DNA of 64,000 bases, from positions 9,088 through 73,087 of the forward strand of contig QHTZ01000074.1 of assembly GCA_003221005.1 (NCBI GenBank), given 5' to 3'. Shown here piece after piece: positions 8,401-24,089 of the stretch. Under the pieces are notes generated by a model. It had not been told where the DNA came from, searched no databases, and saw only the letters and a program-made list of their open reading frames with translations. Position 1 is the first letter of the stretch; each line of letters begins with the position of its first letter. This DNA is from Gemmatimonadota bacterium (GTDB taxonomy: Bacteria > Gemmatimonadota > Gemmatimonadetes > Gemmatimonadales > GWC2-71-9). The translations under genes were made by a program, and so were the position numbers.

Positions 8401-8756
8401 TGCGCCACCGCGCGAAGAGCCGCCAGCTGTCGCGCACCGCGAGCCACCGCAAGGCGCTGCTCGCGAACCTCGCCACCAGTCTGTTCCAGCATGACCGGAT
8501 CGTCACGACCGAGGCGAAGGCAAAGGAGCTCCGGCCCTACGCCGAGCGACTGATCACCCTGGCGCGCCGCGGCGGGCTGCACGCGCGCCGCCTGGTGGAG
8601 TCGCGCCTCAAGGACCGGGACGTCACTCAGCGGTTGTTCAAAGACGTGGGGCCCCGCTTCGCGAAGCGTCCGGGAGGTTACACGCGGATCATCAAGCTGG
8701 GCCACCGGGCCGGAGACGGCGCGGAGATCGCCCGGATCGAACTGTTGAGTGAGTAA
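8400..8756 (+). CDS. rplQ: 50S ribosomal protein L17 (bL17)
   Basis: 118 aa, beginning MRHRAKSRQLSRTASHRKALLANL. GTG start overlaps the rpoA TAG by 1 nt. Confidence 0.95.
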   Translation: MRHRAKSRQLSRTASHRKALLANLATSLFQHDRIVTTEAKAKELRPYAERLITLARRGGLHARRLVESRLKDRDVTQRLFKDVGPRFAKRPGGYTRIIKLGHRAGDGAEIARIELLSE

Positions 8757-8783
8757 CGGAGCGGCGGGGTACGCCACCGGGAG

Positions 8784-8813
8784 GGGGACCCTGACGGGTC
8801 CCCTTCTTCATTT
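8784..8813 (+). terminator. rho-independent terminator after rplQ
   Basis: 8-bp GC-rich stem GGGGACCC (8784-8791) / GGGTCCCC (8796-8803) with loop TGAC, followed by TTCTTCATTT. It lies between the convergent genes rplQ and rpmB. Confidence 0.7.
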
Positions 8814-9003
8814 ACGAGGCCTTCGCGACCCGATTCGACTTGAGGCAGCGGGTGCAGACACGCAGCCGCCGCGTCACGCCTCCCACCTGGGCCCGCACCC
8901 GCTGCAGGTTGGGGTACCAGCGCCGGTTGGTCTTGTTGTTCGCGTGGCTGATGTTGTGGCCCGTGATCGGGCCCTTGCCGCAAATGTCACACACTCGAGC
9001 CAT
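8812..9003 (-). CDS. rpmB: 50S ribosomal protein L28 (bL28)
   Basis: 63 aa, beginning [34 protein letters not shown]. Confidence 0.93.
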   Translation of the reverse strand: MARVCDICGKGPITGHNISHANNKTNRRWYPNLQRVRAQVGGVTRRLRVCTRCLKSNRVAKAS

Positions 9004-9005
9004 AA

Positions 9006-14180
<5,175 letters not shown>

Positions 14181-15115
14181 CCAAGCCGGCGGGCAAGCCG
14201 GCCCCGAAGCCGGGGCCGCCGCCCGCTCCGCCCCCGCCCAAGCTCAAGTTCCGGGGGAAGCTGCTCGAGAACGAGCTGCTCAGCCGCTCCACCACGTACC
14301 GTATCGGCGGGCCGGCGCGCTACTTGTTGAACCCCGCGGAAGTCGAGGACGTGGAGAAGGCCCTGCAGTTCGCCCAGGAGAAGGGCGTGCCGTGGCTCGT
14401 CCTCGGCCTGGGCTCGAACGTCCTCGTGAAGGACGGCGGCTTCCCCGGCCTCGTGATCCGCTTGGGGAAGGGCCTGGACAAGTTCGAGATGAAGGGCGCC
14501 ACCGCGATCGTCGGCGCCGGCATGCCGACGCCGCTGCTCGCGCGACGCACCGCGGACGCGGGCTTCGCCGGGGTGGAGCGGTTCATCGGGATTCCGGGGA
14601 CCGTGGGCGGCGGGGTGTACATGAACGCCGGCGCCCACGGCGCCGAGTTTGCCGAGGTCGTCACCGAAGTCACGGTGATGGACCCCAAGGGCAAGCTCAA
14701 GCAGCTCACCCGCAAGCAGATCCCCTTCAAGTACCGCGCGAGTGGGCTCGGTCAGGTGATCGTGCTCGAAGCGAAACTGGGTTTGGGCGAGGAGGCGCCC
14801 GCCAAGCTCAAGGAAGTGCAGGGGCGGCTGTTCCGGTGGCGCAAGGCCGGCACGCCGTTCGATCAGCCGTGCTGCGGCTCGGTGTTCAAGAATCCGGGAG
14901 GGCCGAAGACTGCCGGGATGCTGATCGAGGAGGCGGGGCTCAAGGGCTTCCGCATCGGCGGCGCGCACGTCTCGATCCTGCACGCTAACTACATCGTCAA
15001 CACGGGGAACGCGACCGCGGCCGACGTCCTCAAAGTGATTGATCACGTCCGCAAGACCGTCGCCAAGAAGCTGCGGGTCGAGCTCGAGCTCGAAGTGAAG
15101 GTCATCGGCGTCTGA

Positions 15116-15706
15116 ATGGGTGATTACTTCGTGCACGAGTCGAGCTACGTCGACGAGGGCGCGCGCATCGGCAAGGGCACCAAGATCTGGCACTTCTGCC
15201 ACATCATGCCGGGGGCCGTGATCGGCGCGCGCTGCAATCTCGGCCAGAACGTCGTCGTGATGCCGGGGACGCGCCTCGGCGACAACGTCAAGGTGCAGAA
15301 CAACGTCTCGATCTACGAAGGTGTGGAGCTCGAGGACGACGTGTTTTGCGGCCCCTCGTGCGTGTTCACCAACGTGGTTAACCCCCGCAGCCACGTGTCG
15401 CGCAAGCATCAGTATCAGCGGACGCAAGTCAAGCGCGGCGCCTCCATCGGAGCGAACGCCACCATCCTGTGCGGCCTGACGCTCGGCGAATACGCGTTCA
15501 TCGGCGCGGGCGCCGTCGTCACGTCCGACGTCCCCGCATTTGCTCTGATGGTCGGCGTGCCGGCCCGGCGCGTCGGGTGGATGTGCCAGTGCGGGGAGCG
15601 GCTGATACTCTCCGGGGGCAAGGCCGCGTGCGCCGCCTGCGGCGCGACGTACCAGGAATCGGAGGGGTTGCTGCGCGCGATTGCCCCGCCCAAGAGCGCC
15701 AGGTAA
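15116..15706 (+). CDS. hexapeptide-repeat N-acetyltransferase, WbpD/WlbB-like
   Basis: 196 aa with left-handed beta-helix repeats ([44 protein letters not shown]) and a C-terminal [10 protein letters not shown] tail. Confidence 0.75.
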   Translation: MGDYFVHESSYVDEGARIGKGTKIWHFCHIMPGAVIGARCNLGQNVVVMPGTRLGDNVKVQNNVSIYEGVELEDDVFCGPSCVFTNVVNPRSHVSRKHQYQRTQVKRGASIGANATILCGLTLGEYAFIGAGAVVTSDVPAFALMVGVPARRVGWMCQCGERLILSGGKAACAACGATYQESEGLLRAIAPPKSAR

Positions 15707-15736
15707 ATTGTTGCGCCCTTTGCGGATACCGATCAC

Positions 15737-16858
15737 GTGAACGTGCCGCTCCTCGACCTCGTCGCGCAGTACCGCGCCATCAAGCACGAGGTTCTCCCCG
15801 CACTCCAGGCGGTCGTCGAGTCACAGCAGTTCATCATGGGTCCCGCCGTGGCGCAGCTCGAGGCGGCGGTGGCACAGCTGTCGCACGCCCGGCACGGCAT
15901 CGCGTGCGCCAGCGGCACCGACGCGCTGCTCCTGCCGCTCAAGGCGCTCGACCTCCGGCCCGGGGACGAGGTGATCACCACCCCGTTCACGTTCTTTGCG
16001 ACCGCGGGGGCCATTCACAACGCCGGCGGTGCGCCCGTGTTCGTGGAGATCGAGCCCGACACGCTCAACCTCGACCCCCGAGCCGTGGAGGCAGCGGTGA
16101 CGCCGCGCACCCGCGCGATCCTGCCGGTCCACCTGTACGGCCAGATGGCGGCGCTGGAGCGTCTCATAGCTATCGCGAATCGGGGGGGACGCGGCATCAG
16201 GGTGATCGAGGATGCCGCGCAGGCGATTGGCGCGCGGCGCTCGATCGACGGCGAATGGCGCATGGCCGGCGAGCTCGGCTGGGTGACGGGGTACTCGTTC
16301 TTCCCGAGCAAGAACCTCGGCGCCTGGGGCGACGGTGGGATGATCGTCACGTCGGACGACCGCGTGGCCGACCGGTTGCGGAAGCTGCGGTTGCACGGCG
16401 GCGGGAAGCAGTATCATCACGACGAAGTCGGGACGAACTCCCGGCTCGACACGCTCCAGGCCGCGGTGCTGCTCGCCAAGCTGCCGCACCTCGCCGACTG
16501 GTCGGCGCGCCGGCGCGAGCACGCCGCGTATTACTCCGCCGCGCTGGCCGGCGTGCCACAAGTCAAGCCTCCCGTCGTCGCGCCCGGCAACGAACACATC
16601 TTTCACCAGTACACGCTCCGCGTCGAGCGGCGCGACGAGCTGCAGGCGCACCTCAAGGCCAAGGGAATCGGCTGCGCGGTCTACTATCCCGTGCCGCTGC
16701 ACCTCCAGGAGTGCTTTCGCCACCTTAGGTACCAGCAGGGTCGCTTCCCCGAATCCGAGCGCGCAGCGCTCGAGGTTATCTCGCTCCCGGTGTACCCCGA
16801 GTTGAGTCGCGAGCAGCTCGACTACGTCCTCGATGCGATCCGCGGGTTCTATCGGTGA
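15737..16858 (+). CDS. DegT/DnrJ/EryC1/StrS-family sugar aminotransferase, WbpE-like
   Basis: 373 aa. Motifs VPLLDLVAQYRAIK, ASGTDALLL and FFPSKNLGAWGDGG. Confidence 0.85.
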   Translation: MNVPLLDLVAQYRAIKHEVLPALQAVVESQQFIMGPAVAQLEAAVAQLSHARHGIACASGTDALLLPLKALDLRPGDEVITTPFTFFATAGAIHNAGGAPVFVEIEPDTLNLDPRAVEAAVTPRTRAILPVHLYGQMAALERLIAIANRGGRGIRVIEDAAQAIGARRSIDGEWRMAGELGWVTGYSFFPSKNLGAWGDGGMIVTSDDRVADRLRKLRLHGGGKQYHHDEVGTNSRLDTLQAAVLLAKLPHLADWSARRREHAAYYSAALAGVPQVKPPVVAPGNEHIFHQYTLRVERRDELQAHLKAKGIGCAVYYPVPLHLQECFRHLRYQQGRFPESERAALEVISLPVYPELSREQLDYVLDAIRGFYR

Positions 16859-17859
16859 GCCGCCTGCGGCTGGGCGTCATCGGCGCAGGTGCCTGGGGGA
16901 AGAACCACGTCCGCACCGCCGCGGCCACGCCGGAGGCTGAGCTCGCAGCCGTGTGCGATTCGGATCCCAAGGTGCGGGAGCGCGTCGCGCGCCAGCATCC
17001 GAGCGCGCACGTCACCGGCGATCCGGTCGAGCTGGTGGAATGCGCGGACGCGGTGATCATCGCCTCGCCGGCCGCCACACACGCCCGGTTCGCACGGCAG
17101 TGCATCGACGCGGGCAAGCCCTGCCTGGTCGAGAAGCCGTTCGCCCTGAGCGTGCGCGACGCGGAAGGTGTGGCGCGTGCGGCGGCTGAGCGAGGCGTCC
17201 CCGTGATGGCCGGGCACCTGCTGCTGTTTCACCCGGCCGTCGAGCGGCTGCGCGCCCTGGTTCAAGGCGGCGAGCTCGGCAAGGTCTATTATCTGTACGG
17301 GCTGCGCGTCAACTTGGGGCAGGTGCGGGCCGACGAGAACGCGCTCTGGAGCTTCGGTCCCCACGACGTGTCGGTGGCACTCTACTTGCTCGGTGAGGTC
17401 CCGACACGCGTCGCGGCCCAGGGGCGGAGTTACCTCCAACCAAAAGTGGAAGACGTAGTGTTCCTTACGATGGAATTCGCGAGCGGTGTACTCGCGCACG
17501 TGCAGCTGTCGTGGCTGGACCCGCACAAAGAGCGGAAGCTCACCGTCGTGGGCGCGAAGAAGATGGCGGTGTTCGACGACATGGAGGCACGGGAGAAGCT
17601 GCGCATCTACGACAAAGGGGTGGACCGTCCACCGGAGTACGGCTCGTACGGCGAAAGCCTCGCCGTCCGCGAGGGGGACATCTTCATTCCGAAGATCCCC
17701 AACGTGGAGCCGCTTGCGGCCGAACTTGCGCACTTCGTGCGGGTCGCGCGGGGGACGGAGCCCCCCCGCGCCGGTCCCGAGGACGGCGTGCGAGTCGTCC
17801 AAGTGCTCGACGGAGCCAGCCGCTCGCTCGCCGCGGGCGGCGCGCCGGTGGCCTTGTGA
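16855..17859 (+). CDS. Gfo/Idh/MocA-family oxidoreductase, WbpB-like
   Basis: 334 aa. Motifs LGVIGAGAWGKNH and CLVEKPFAL. GTGA overlap with the aminotransferase. Confidence 0.8.
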   Translation: MSRLRLGVIGAGAWGKNHVRTAAATPEAELAAVCDSDPKVRERVARQHPSAHVTGDPVELVECADAVIIASPAATHARFARQCIDAGKPCLVEKPFALSVRDAEGVARAAAERGVPVMAGHLLLFHPAVERLRALVQGGELGKVYYLYGLRVNLGQVRADENALWSFGPHDVSVALYLLGEVPTRVAAQGRSYLQPKVEDVVFLTMEFASGVLAHVQLSWLDPHKERKLTVVGAKKMAVFDDMEAREKLRIYDKGVDRPPEYGSYGESLAVREGDIFIPKIPNVEPLAAELAHFVRVARGTEPPRAGPEDGVRVVQVLDGASRSLAAGGAPVAL

Positions 17860-19181
17860 GCCGGCCGCGCACCGCGGGGACAGCCGCCGACCTGCTCCTC
17901 GCTAAAGCGCAGGACCGGTCCGCCCTCATCGGGATCGTCGGCCTCGGGTACGTGGGGCTGCCGCTCGCGATGGAATTCGCGCGCGCCGGGTTCCGCGTAC
18001 TCGGCTTCGACGTGAGCCGGGAGGTCGTGGACGGCTTGAACGCGTGCCGCTCGCACGTGCGCGATGTGCCGAGCGCCAGGGTCGCGGAGTACGCGCAGGC
18101 CGACCGGTTCGCCGTCACCGCCGACCTGGCGCGGCTCAAGGAGCCGGATGTGGTGTCGATCTGTGTGCCGACACCGCTCTCCAAGACCAAGGATCCCGAC
18201 GTCAGCTATGTGATCGCTGCGACGAACTCCGTGAAACAGACGCTGCGGCGCGCGCAGCTCGTCGTCCTGGAATCGACGACCTATCCGGGCACCACCCGGG
18301 AGCTGCTGCTCCCGGCCCTCGAGAGCACCGGGCTCAGAGTGGGCGAGGATTTCTTCCTGGCGTTCTCGCCGGAGCGCGTGGATCCCGGAAACCCCGAGTG
18401 GAACACGCGCAACACGCCGAAGATCGTGGGCGGCATCACCGAGACCTGCCGCCGCGTCACGATGGCCGTGTACGAGGGGGCGATCGATCGCCTCGTCCCC
18501 GTGTCGTCCCCCGAGGCGGCGGAACTAGTGAAGATCCTCGAGAACACGTTCCGCAGTGTGAATATCGGGCTCGTCAACGAGATGGCGATCGTGTGTGACA
18601 AGCTCGGCGTGGACGTGTGGGAGGTGATCGAGGCGGCCGCGACGAAGCCATTCGGCTTCATGAAGTTCACGCCCGGCCCCGGAGTAGGGGGGCATTGCAT
18701 CCCGCTCGACCCGCACTACCTGGCCTGGAAGATGCGGACGCTCAACTACCGCACGCGTTTCATCGAGCTGGCGGGCGAAATCAACGCCGCGATGCCCGAG
18801 TACTGGGTGGCGCGGGTGGTGGACCGCTTGAACGAGCGCGGGAAGCCGGCCCGCCAGAGCGTCGTCCTGGTCATCGGGGTCGCCTACAAGAAGGACAGCG
18901 ACGACACGCGTGAGAGTCCGGCGCTCGATGTGATCCGGCTCCTGGCCGAGCGCGGAGCGGTCGTCCGCTACCACGACCCGCTCGTGCCGGCACTGCAGGA
19001 GGACGGCATCGATCTGCAATCGGTGCCGCTCTCCGCCGAGACGCTCGCGGCTGCCGATTGCGCGATCATCGTGACGGACCACGGGTCCATCGATTACGCC
19101 CTCGTGACCAAGCATGCGCCCGCGGTCGTGGACACGCGGCACGCGCTGGCGCGCGTCCGGGGCGGGAAGGAGGCCACGTGA
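17856..19181 (+). CDS. UDP-N-acetyl-D-glucosamine/mannosamine 6-dehydrogenase, WbpA/WecC-like
   Basis: GTG at 17856 (GTGA overlap). Motifs IGIVGLGYVGLPLAMEFA and GPGVGGHCIPLDP. The upstream part of track ORF 17511 was rejected. Confidence 0.85.
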   Translation: MSRPRTAGTAADLLLAKAQDRSALIGIVGLGYVGLPLAMEFARAGFRVLGFDVSREVVDGLNACRSHVRDVPSARVAEYAQADRFAVTADLARLKEPDVVSICVPTPLSKTKDPDVSYVIAATNSVKQTLRRAQLVVLESTTYPGTTRELLLPALESTGLRVGEDFFLAFSPERVDPGNPEWNTRNTPKIVGGITETCRRVTMAVYEGAIDRLVPVSSPEAAELVKILENTFRSVNIGLVNEMAIVCDKLGVDVWEVIEAAATKPFGFMKFTPGPGVGGHCIPLDPHYLAWKMRTLNYRTRFIELAGEINAAMPEYWVARVVDRLNERGKPARQSVVLVIGVAYKKDSDDTRESPALDVIRLLAERGAVVRYHDPLVPALQEDGIDLQSVPLSAETLAAADCAIIVTDHGSIDYALVTKHAPAVVDTRHALARVRGGKEAT

Positions 19182-20497
19182 AGGTCGCCGTCATCGGGAC
19201 GGGCTACGTCGGGCTCGTCGTGGGCGCGTGCCTTGCGGAGGCGGGGAACGACGTCGTTGGCGCAGACGTGGACGAGGCCAAGATCGCGGGTCTGCGGGCC
19301 AACCGGCTCCCGATCTACGAGCCGGGCCTCGAGCCGCTGCTGGCCCGCAACCAGCGCGAGGGCCGCCTCCAGTTCACGCCGGACGTGGGCGCTGCGATCG
19401 AGCGCTCCGACGTCGTCTTCATCGCCGTGGGGACGCCTCCAGACGAGGACGGCTCGGCCGACCTGAGGCACGTGCTCGCCGTCGCGCGCACGATCGGCCA
19501 GCGCATGAACTGTCCCAAGGTCGTGATCACGAAGAGCACGGTCCCCGTCGGTACGGCCGAGCGCGTGCGGGCCGAGATCGCCGCACACACGCAGCTGCCG
19601 TTCCACGTGTGCTCCAACCCCGAATTTCTAAAGGAAGGGGCGGCGATCGAGGATTTCATGAAGCCGGACCGAGTCGTCGTGGGCGTGGATTCGCCCGAGG
19701 CGGCGCGTGTGCTCGAGGAGCTGTACGCGCCGTTCGTGCGCACCGGAAATCCGCTGATCTTCATGGACATCGCGTCCGCCGAGATGACCAAGTACGCGGC
19801 CAACGCGATGCTCGCCACCCGCATCTCGTTCATGAACCAGATCGCGCGGCTGTGCGAGGCGGTCGGAGCCGACGTGACACTGGTGCGGCGGGGCATCGGG
19901 ACCGATCGCCGCATCGGGTCCGCGTTTCTGTTCCCCGGCCCGGGCTACGGCGGGTCCTGCTTCCCGAAGGACGTGAAAGCGCTGATCCGGACCGGTGAGG
20001 AGCGCGGGGTGCCGCTCGACGTGATCGCGGCGGTGGATGCGGCGAACGAGCGCCAGAAGCGGATGTTGTTCGAGAAGCTCGCGCGCCACTTCGCCGGCGG
20101 GCTGCGCGACGTGGCCGTCGCCGTGTGGGGGCTCGCCTTCAAGGCCGAGACGGACGACGTTCGCGAGAGCCCCGCGCTGGTGCTGGTGGAGGCGCTGCTC
20201 CGGGCGGGCGCGACCGTCCGAGTGCACGACCCGGCGGCGCAAGAGACGGCGCGGCGGCTCCTGGGAGAGCGGGTCAGCTACGCGCCACACGCGTATGCGG
20301 CGCTGGAGGGCGCCGCCGCGCTCGCGATCGTCACCGAGTGGCTCGAGTACCGCAACCCGGACTTCGAGCGCATCAAGCGACTGCTCGCCCGCCCCCTGAT
20401 TGTGGACGGCCGCAATCTGTACGCCCCTGAGCGCCTCGCGCGGCTCGGCTTCACGTACGATAGCATCGGCCGCCGCCTGACATGCGCGCCCTCGTAA
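19178..20497 (+). CDS. ugd: UDP-glucose 6-dehydrogenase
   Basis: GTG at 19178 (GTGA overlap). Motifs [34 protein letters not shown] and [17 protein letters not shown]. Confidence 0.9.
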   Translation: MKVAVIGTGYVGLVVGACLAEAGNDVVGADVDEAKIAGLRANRLPIYEPGLEPLLARNQREGRLQFTPDVGAAIERSDVVFIAVGTPPDEDGSADLRHVLAVARTIGQRMNCPKVVITKSTVPVGTAERVRAEIAAHTQLPFHVCSNPEFLKEGAAIEDFMKPDRVVVGVDSPEAARVLEELYAPFVRTGNPLIFMDIASAEMTKYAANAMLATRISFMNQIARLCEAVGADVTLVRRGIGTDRRIGSAFLFPGPGYGGSCFPKDVKALIRTGEERGVPLDVIAAVDAANERQKRMLFEKLARHFAGGLRDVAVAVWGLAFKAETDDVRESPALVLVEALLRAGATVRVHDPAAQETARRLLGERVSYAPHAYAALEGAAALAIVTEWLEYRNPDFERIKRLLARPLIVDGRNLYAPERLARLGFTYDSIGRRLTCAPS

Positions 20498-21414
20498 CGG
20501 GGGCGGCGGGGTTTCTCGGCTCGCACCTGTGCGACCGGCTCCTCGCCCAGGGGTATCGGGTGGTCGGGATGGACAACTACCTGACGGGCAACGCCGCGAA
20601 CCTCGCGCACCTGCGGAGCAGCCCGAACTTCCAGTTCCTGCTCCATGACGTGACGAATTTCATCGAGGTGCAGGGCCCGCTCGACGGCGTGCTGCACTTC
20701 GCCAGCCCCGCGAGCCCGGTCGACTACCTGGAATTCCCGATCCAGACGCTCAAAGTCGGCTCGCTCGGCACGCACAAGGCGCTCGGCCTCTCGAAGGCGA
20801 AGACGGCGCGTTTTCTGCTCGCCTCCACGTCCGAGGTGTACGGCGATCCGCTGGTGCATCCGCAGCCCGAGAGCTATTGGGGGAACGTGAATCCCGTCGG
20901 CCCGCGCGGCGTGTACGACGAAGCCAAGCGCTTCGCGGAGGCCATGACGATGGCCTACCACCGCTACCACAAGCTCGACACCCGAATCGTGCGGATCTTC
21001 AATACGTACGGCCCGCGGATGCGCCCGCGGGACGGGCGCGTCGTCTCCAACTTCATCGTCCAGGCGCTCAAGGGCGAGCCACTCACGGTGTACGGAGACG
21101 GCTCCCAGACGCGGTCGTTCTGCTACGTGGACGACTTGATCGAGGGGATCGTGCAGCTGTTCGAGCGCGGCGGACCGGAGCCGACCAACCTTGGCAACCC
21201 CCAGGAGTTCACGGTGCGCCATCTCGCGGAGGTCGTGCTGCGGCTCACGGGGAGCCGCAGCCCGATCGTCGAGCGCCCCCTCCCCACCGACGATCCCAAA
21301 GTGCGCCAGCCCGACATCCGCCGCGCCTGCGAGACGCTTGGCTGGGAGCCGCGGGTGTCGCTCGAGGACGGCCTGCGCCGTACGATCGAATACTTCCGCG
21401 GGATCGTGGGGTGA
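20482..21414 (+). CDS. uxs: UDP-glucuronate decarboxylase (UDP-xylose synthase)
   Basis: 310 aa. Motifs [43 protein letters not shown] and DGRVVSNF. Confidence 0.88.
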   Translation: MRALVTGAAGFLGSHLCDRLLAQGYRVVGMDNYLTGNAANLAHLRSSPNFQFLLHDVTNFIEVQGPLDGVLHFASPASPVDYLEFPIQTLKVGSLGTHKALGLSKAKTARFLLASTSEVYGDPLVHPQPESYWGNVNPVGPRGVYDEAKRFAEAMTMAYHRYHKLDTRIVRIFNTYGPRMRPRDGRVVSNFIVQALKGEPLTVYGDGSQTRSFCYVDDLIEGIVQLFERGGPEPTNLGNPQEFTVRHLAEVVLRLTGSRSPIVERPLPTDDPKVRQPDIRRACETLGWEPRVSLEDGLRRTIEYFRGIVG

Positions 21415-22373
21415 GTCCCCGGATCCTCGTCACCGGCGCGGCCGGGTTCATCGGATCCCATGTTTGCGAGGCCCTGATCGCGAGGGGGGACGAAGTCGTC
21501 GGCCTCGACAACTTCGATCCGTTCTATCCGCGACAGCTGAAGGAGCAGAACATCGCCGCCCTGCGGGGGCGCGCCGAGTTCCGTCTCGTCGAGGCCGACA
21601 TCACGCGCGACGCGCTGCCGCTCGCGGGCGTGACTGCGGTGGTGCATCTCGCAGCGAAGGCTGGGGTGCGAGCCTCTGTGGAAGACCCCGTCGCCTACAC
21701 TGCCGTGAACGTCACCGGGACGGCCCGCGTGCTCGAGGCGGCGCGGGAGACGGGCGTGCGGCGCATCGTGGTGGGCTCGTCGTCGTCCGTGTACGGCGAC
21801 GCTACCCCACGCCCCTTCGCCGAAGACGCTCCAGCCGTCGAGCCCGTGTCGCCCTACGCGGCCAGCAAGCGGGCGGCGGAGCTGTTGGCGCACGTGTTCG
21901 CGCATCTGCACGGGATGCGCATCCTGTGCCTGCGTCTCTTCACCGTGTACGGGCCGCGGCAGCGCCCCGACCTCGCCATTCACCGCTTCATCGACGCGAT
22001 CGCGCGCGATCGGCCCGTGCCGATGCACGGCGACGGGTCCAGCGAGCGCGAGTACACCTATATTAGTGACGCCGTGGATGGCGTCTTGGCCGGACTCGAC
22101 TGGACTGGTCGCCGCGGCCCCGGATGCGTCGCGATCAACCTCGGGGGCGGCGAGCGGGTGCGGTTGGACCGGCTGATCGGTCTGCTCGCCCGCGCGTCGC
22201 ATCGCGACGCGCGGATCGAGCGGTGCCCCGAGCCGCCGGGCGATGTGCGTCTCACGGCGGCCGATCTGGGGCGTGCGGAACGTGAGCTCGGCTACCGCCC
22301 GCGGGTAGGCATCGAGGAAGGGATCGGACACTTCGTCCGCTGGTACGAGGCGACCCATGGACGTCAGTCCTGA
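21411..22373 (+). CDS. NAD-dependent epimerase/dehydratase (UDP-glucuronate 4-epimerase-like)
   Basis: GTG at 21411 (GTGA overlap). Motifs [34 protein letters not shown] and [13 protein letters not shown]. Confidence 0.75.
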   Translation: MSPRILVTGAAGFIGSHVCEALIARGDEVVGLDNFDPFYPRQLKEQNIAALRGRAEFRLVEADITRDALPLAGVTAVVHLAAKAGVRASVEDPVAYTAVNVTGTARVLEAARETGVRRIVVGSSSSVYGDATPRPFAEDAPAVEPVSPYAASKRAAELLAHVFAHLHGMRILCLRLFTVYGPRQRPDLAIHRFIDAIARDRPVPMHGDGSSEREYTYISDAVDGVLAGLDWTGRRGPGCVAINLGGGERVRLDRLIGLLARASHRDARIERCPEPPGDVRLTAADLGRAERELGYRPRVGIEEGIGHFVRWYEATHGRQS

Positions 22374-23175
22374 GCATCTCGTCGATCAGGCCCGCGAGCG
22401 CTTTCAGCTCCAGGACTACTACGGCGCGATCCATCTTCTGGAAGAAGTGCTGGCGACCGGCCGGGCATTCGCCGACGCGCATCACCTGCTGGGACTCTCG
22501 TACTCGCTCGTGGGCCAGCCGGACAACGCGCTCGCCCAGTTCGATCGCGCGCTCCAGCTGAACCCGCGCTACGTCGAGGCGCTGATTCACCGCGCCATCG
22601 TCCTCAACGAGCTCGGGCGCGAGGACGAAGCCGACGCGATGTTTCGCCGCGCGGCACAGCTCGGCGGGGAGACCCGCGAGGGCTTCCCCGCCCACGTGGC
22701 GGCGAAGCTCGCCAATCAACACGCGGCGTTGGGCGACGCCTACGTCGAGTCGGGCGGCGTCACCCAGGCGATTGCGCAGTATCGCGAAGCGCTGGAGCTG
22801 GGACCCGGGTTCCACGACCTGCGGTATAAGCTGGGGCGGCTGCTGCTGCAGGCGGGGCGGGCGCTCGACGCGCGCGAGCAATTCGACATCATCGTACGGC
22901 ATCGTCCCACCTACCTCGACGCTGCGGCGATGCTCGGCCTGGCGTCCTACCTGGCCGGCGATGGCCTCGCCGCCCGCGCCGTCTGGGAGGAATGCCGCGA
23001 GCGACGGCCGGAGGATCCGAGAGTGGAGGCCTATCTGGCGATGCTGTCCCGCAGCGACGTCGCGCCAAGCCCGACGGGAGCGACCGCGCCGCCCCCCGGC
23101 GCTGCCGACCGGGGAGAGGCCGAGGAGGGACGGGGAAGGGGAGGGTCCGGGGGAGGGGGAAGGAAACGGTCGTGA
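22357..23175 (+). CDS. TPR-repeat protein with Gly/Arg-rich tail
   Basis: 272 aa with TPR-like repeats (HHLLGLSYSLVGQPDNALAQFDRALQLNPRYVEAL and others). The tail is GEAEEGRGRGGSGGGGRKRS. Confidence 0.75.
   Translation: MDVSPEHLVDQARERFQLQDYYGAIHLLEEVLATGRAFADAHHLLGLSYSLVGQPDNALAQFDRALQLNPRYVEALIHRAIVLNELGREDEADAMFRRAAQLGGETREGFPAHVAAKLANQHAALGDAYVESGGVTQAIAQYREALELGPGFHDLRYKLGRLLLQAGRALDAREQFDIIVRHRPTYLDAAAMLGLASYLAGDGLAARAVWEECRERRPEDPRVEAYLAMLSRSDVAPSPTGATAPPPGAADRGEAEEGRGRGGSGGGGRKRS
23127..23159 (+). repeat. G-tract cluster (potential G-quadruplex) at the 3' end of the TPR gene
   Basis: GGG-AC-GGGG-AA-GGGG-A-GGG-TCC-GGGGG-A-GGGGG on the coding strand, ending 13 nt before the GTG start of the next gene. 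Confidence 0.5.
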
Positions 23176-24089
23176 AGCGAGGCGCTATCACGCTCCTGGT
23201 CCTGGCGATCGGTTGTAGCCGCAGCGCGGCGGACCACGAGGAGCTGGGCGACCGCGAATACGCCAAGGGCTCGTACCGCGACGCCCTGGCGGAGTACCAG
23301 CTGGGGTTGAAAGCCCATGAGACCGCGGACCTCCACGCGAAAACGGCGGCGGCCGCGCTGCACACGCAGGACTACGCGCTGGCGGCAGCGGAGTATCGCG
23401 AGCTGGCGGACAAGGACCGATCGCGCGCCGGCGAGGCGGCCGTAGGGCTGGAGCGGGTGGTGCGCGCGGCGCTCGCGGCCAACGAGCGTGCCGCCCTGGT
23501 CGCTGCCCTCCGGGCGCTCCAGGTCGTGACCCCCACCCGCCCGCTCGGCAGGTACGCGCGCATCGCGGCGCTGGACGCTGCGGACCGCGGGGACACGGCG
23601 GGAGCGCTCGGACTGTTGCCCAGCGCGGTGGCGGCCGCGCCAGACGGCCGCAGCGCGGACTCGCTACTGTTCCTGTACGGCATGGCTGCGGCGCGCGCCC
23701 GGGACTGCGCCACGGCTGTTCCGGTGTTCGAAGGCGTGATCCGCCGCCAGCGGGAGCCGGCGGTGAGCGACGGCGCGCGGGAGGGGCTGAGCCTGTGCAC
23801 CTTACTGGAGGGCCAGGCGCGGCTCGAGCACGGGAAGCCGGCTGAGGCGGAGGCCTGGTTCAGACGGGCGACCGCGCCCGGCGCACCGGCGGATGTAGCG
23901 CGGGCGGCGTATCTCGGGCTGGGCGACGTGCGGCTCGCGCAGGGTGACGTCCCGGGCGCGCTCGAGAGCTACCAGCAGGCGCTCTCGGGCGGGAATCCGG
24001 GAGACAGCATCGCGGTGCGCGCGCAGCAGAAGATCAACGCGCTGGGGAAGGCGGATGCGCCCAGTCTCGCTCCGCCCCAGCAACTGTGA
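23172..24089 (+). CDS. TPR-like putative lipoprotein
   Basis: GTG at 23172 (GTGA overlap) gives VKRGAITLLVLAIGCS, a lipobox. The rest is Ala-rich TPR-like repeats. Confidence 0.65.
   Translation: MKRGAITLLVLAIGCSRSAADHEELGDREYAKGSYRDALAEYQLGLKAHETADLHAKTAAAALHTQDYALAAAEYRELADKDRSRAGEAAVGLERVVRAALAANERAALVAALRALQVVTPTRPLGRYARIAALDAADRGDTAGALGLLPSAVAAAPDGRSADSLLFLYGMAAARARDCATAVPVFEGVIRRQREPAVSDGAREGLSLCTLLEGQARLEHGKPAEAEAWFRRATAPGAPADVARAAYLGLGDVRLAQGDVPGALESYQQALSGGNPGDSIAVRAQQKINALGKADAPSLAPPQQL

Noticed and set aside
15590-15706. C-terminal Cys-rich tail of the WbpD-like acetyltransferase (CQCGERL...CAACG) as a novel zinc ribbon
   Set aside because: From memory, WlbB/WbpD homologues carry a similar GWM..G..L C-terminal extension, so this is probably a family feature and not a novelty.
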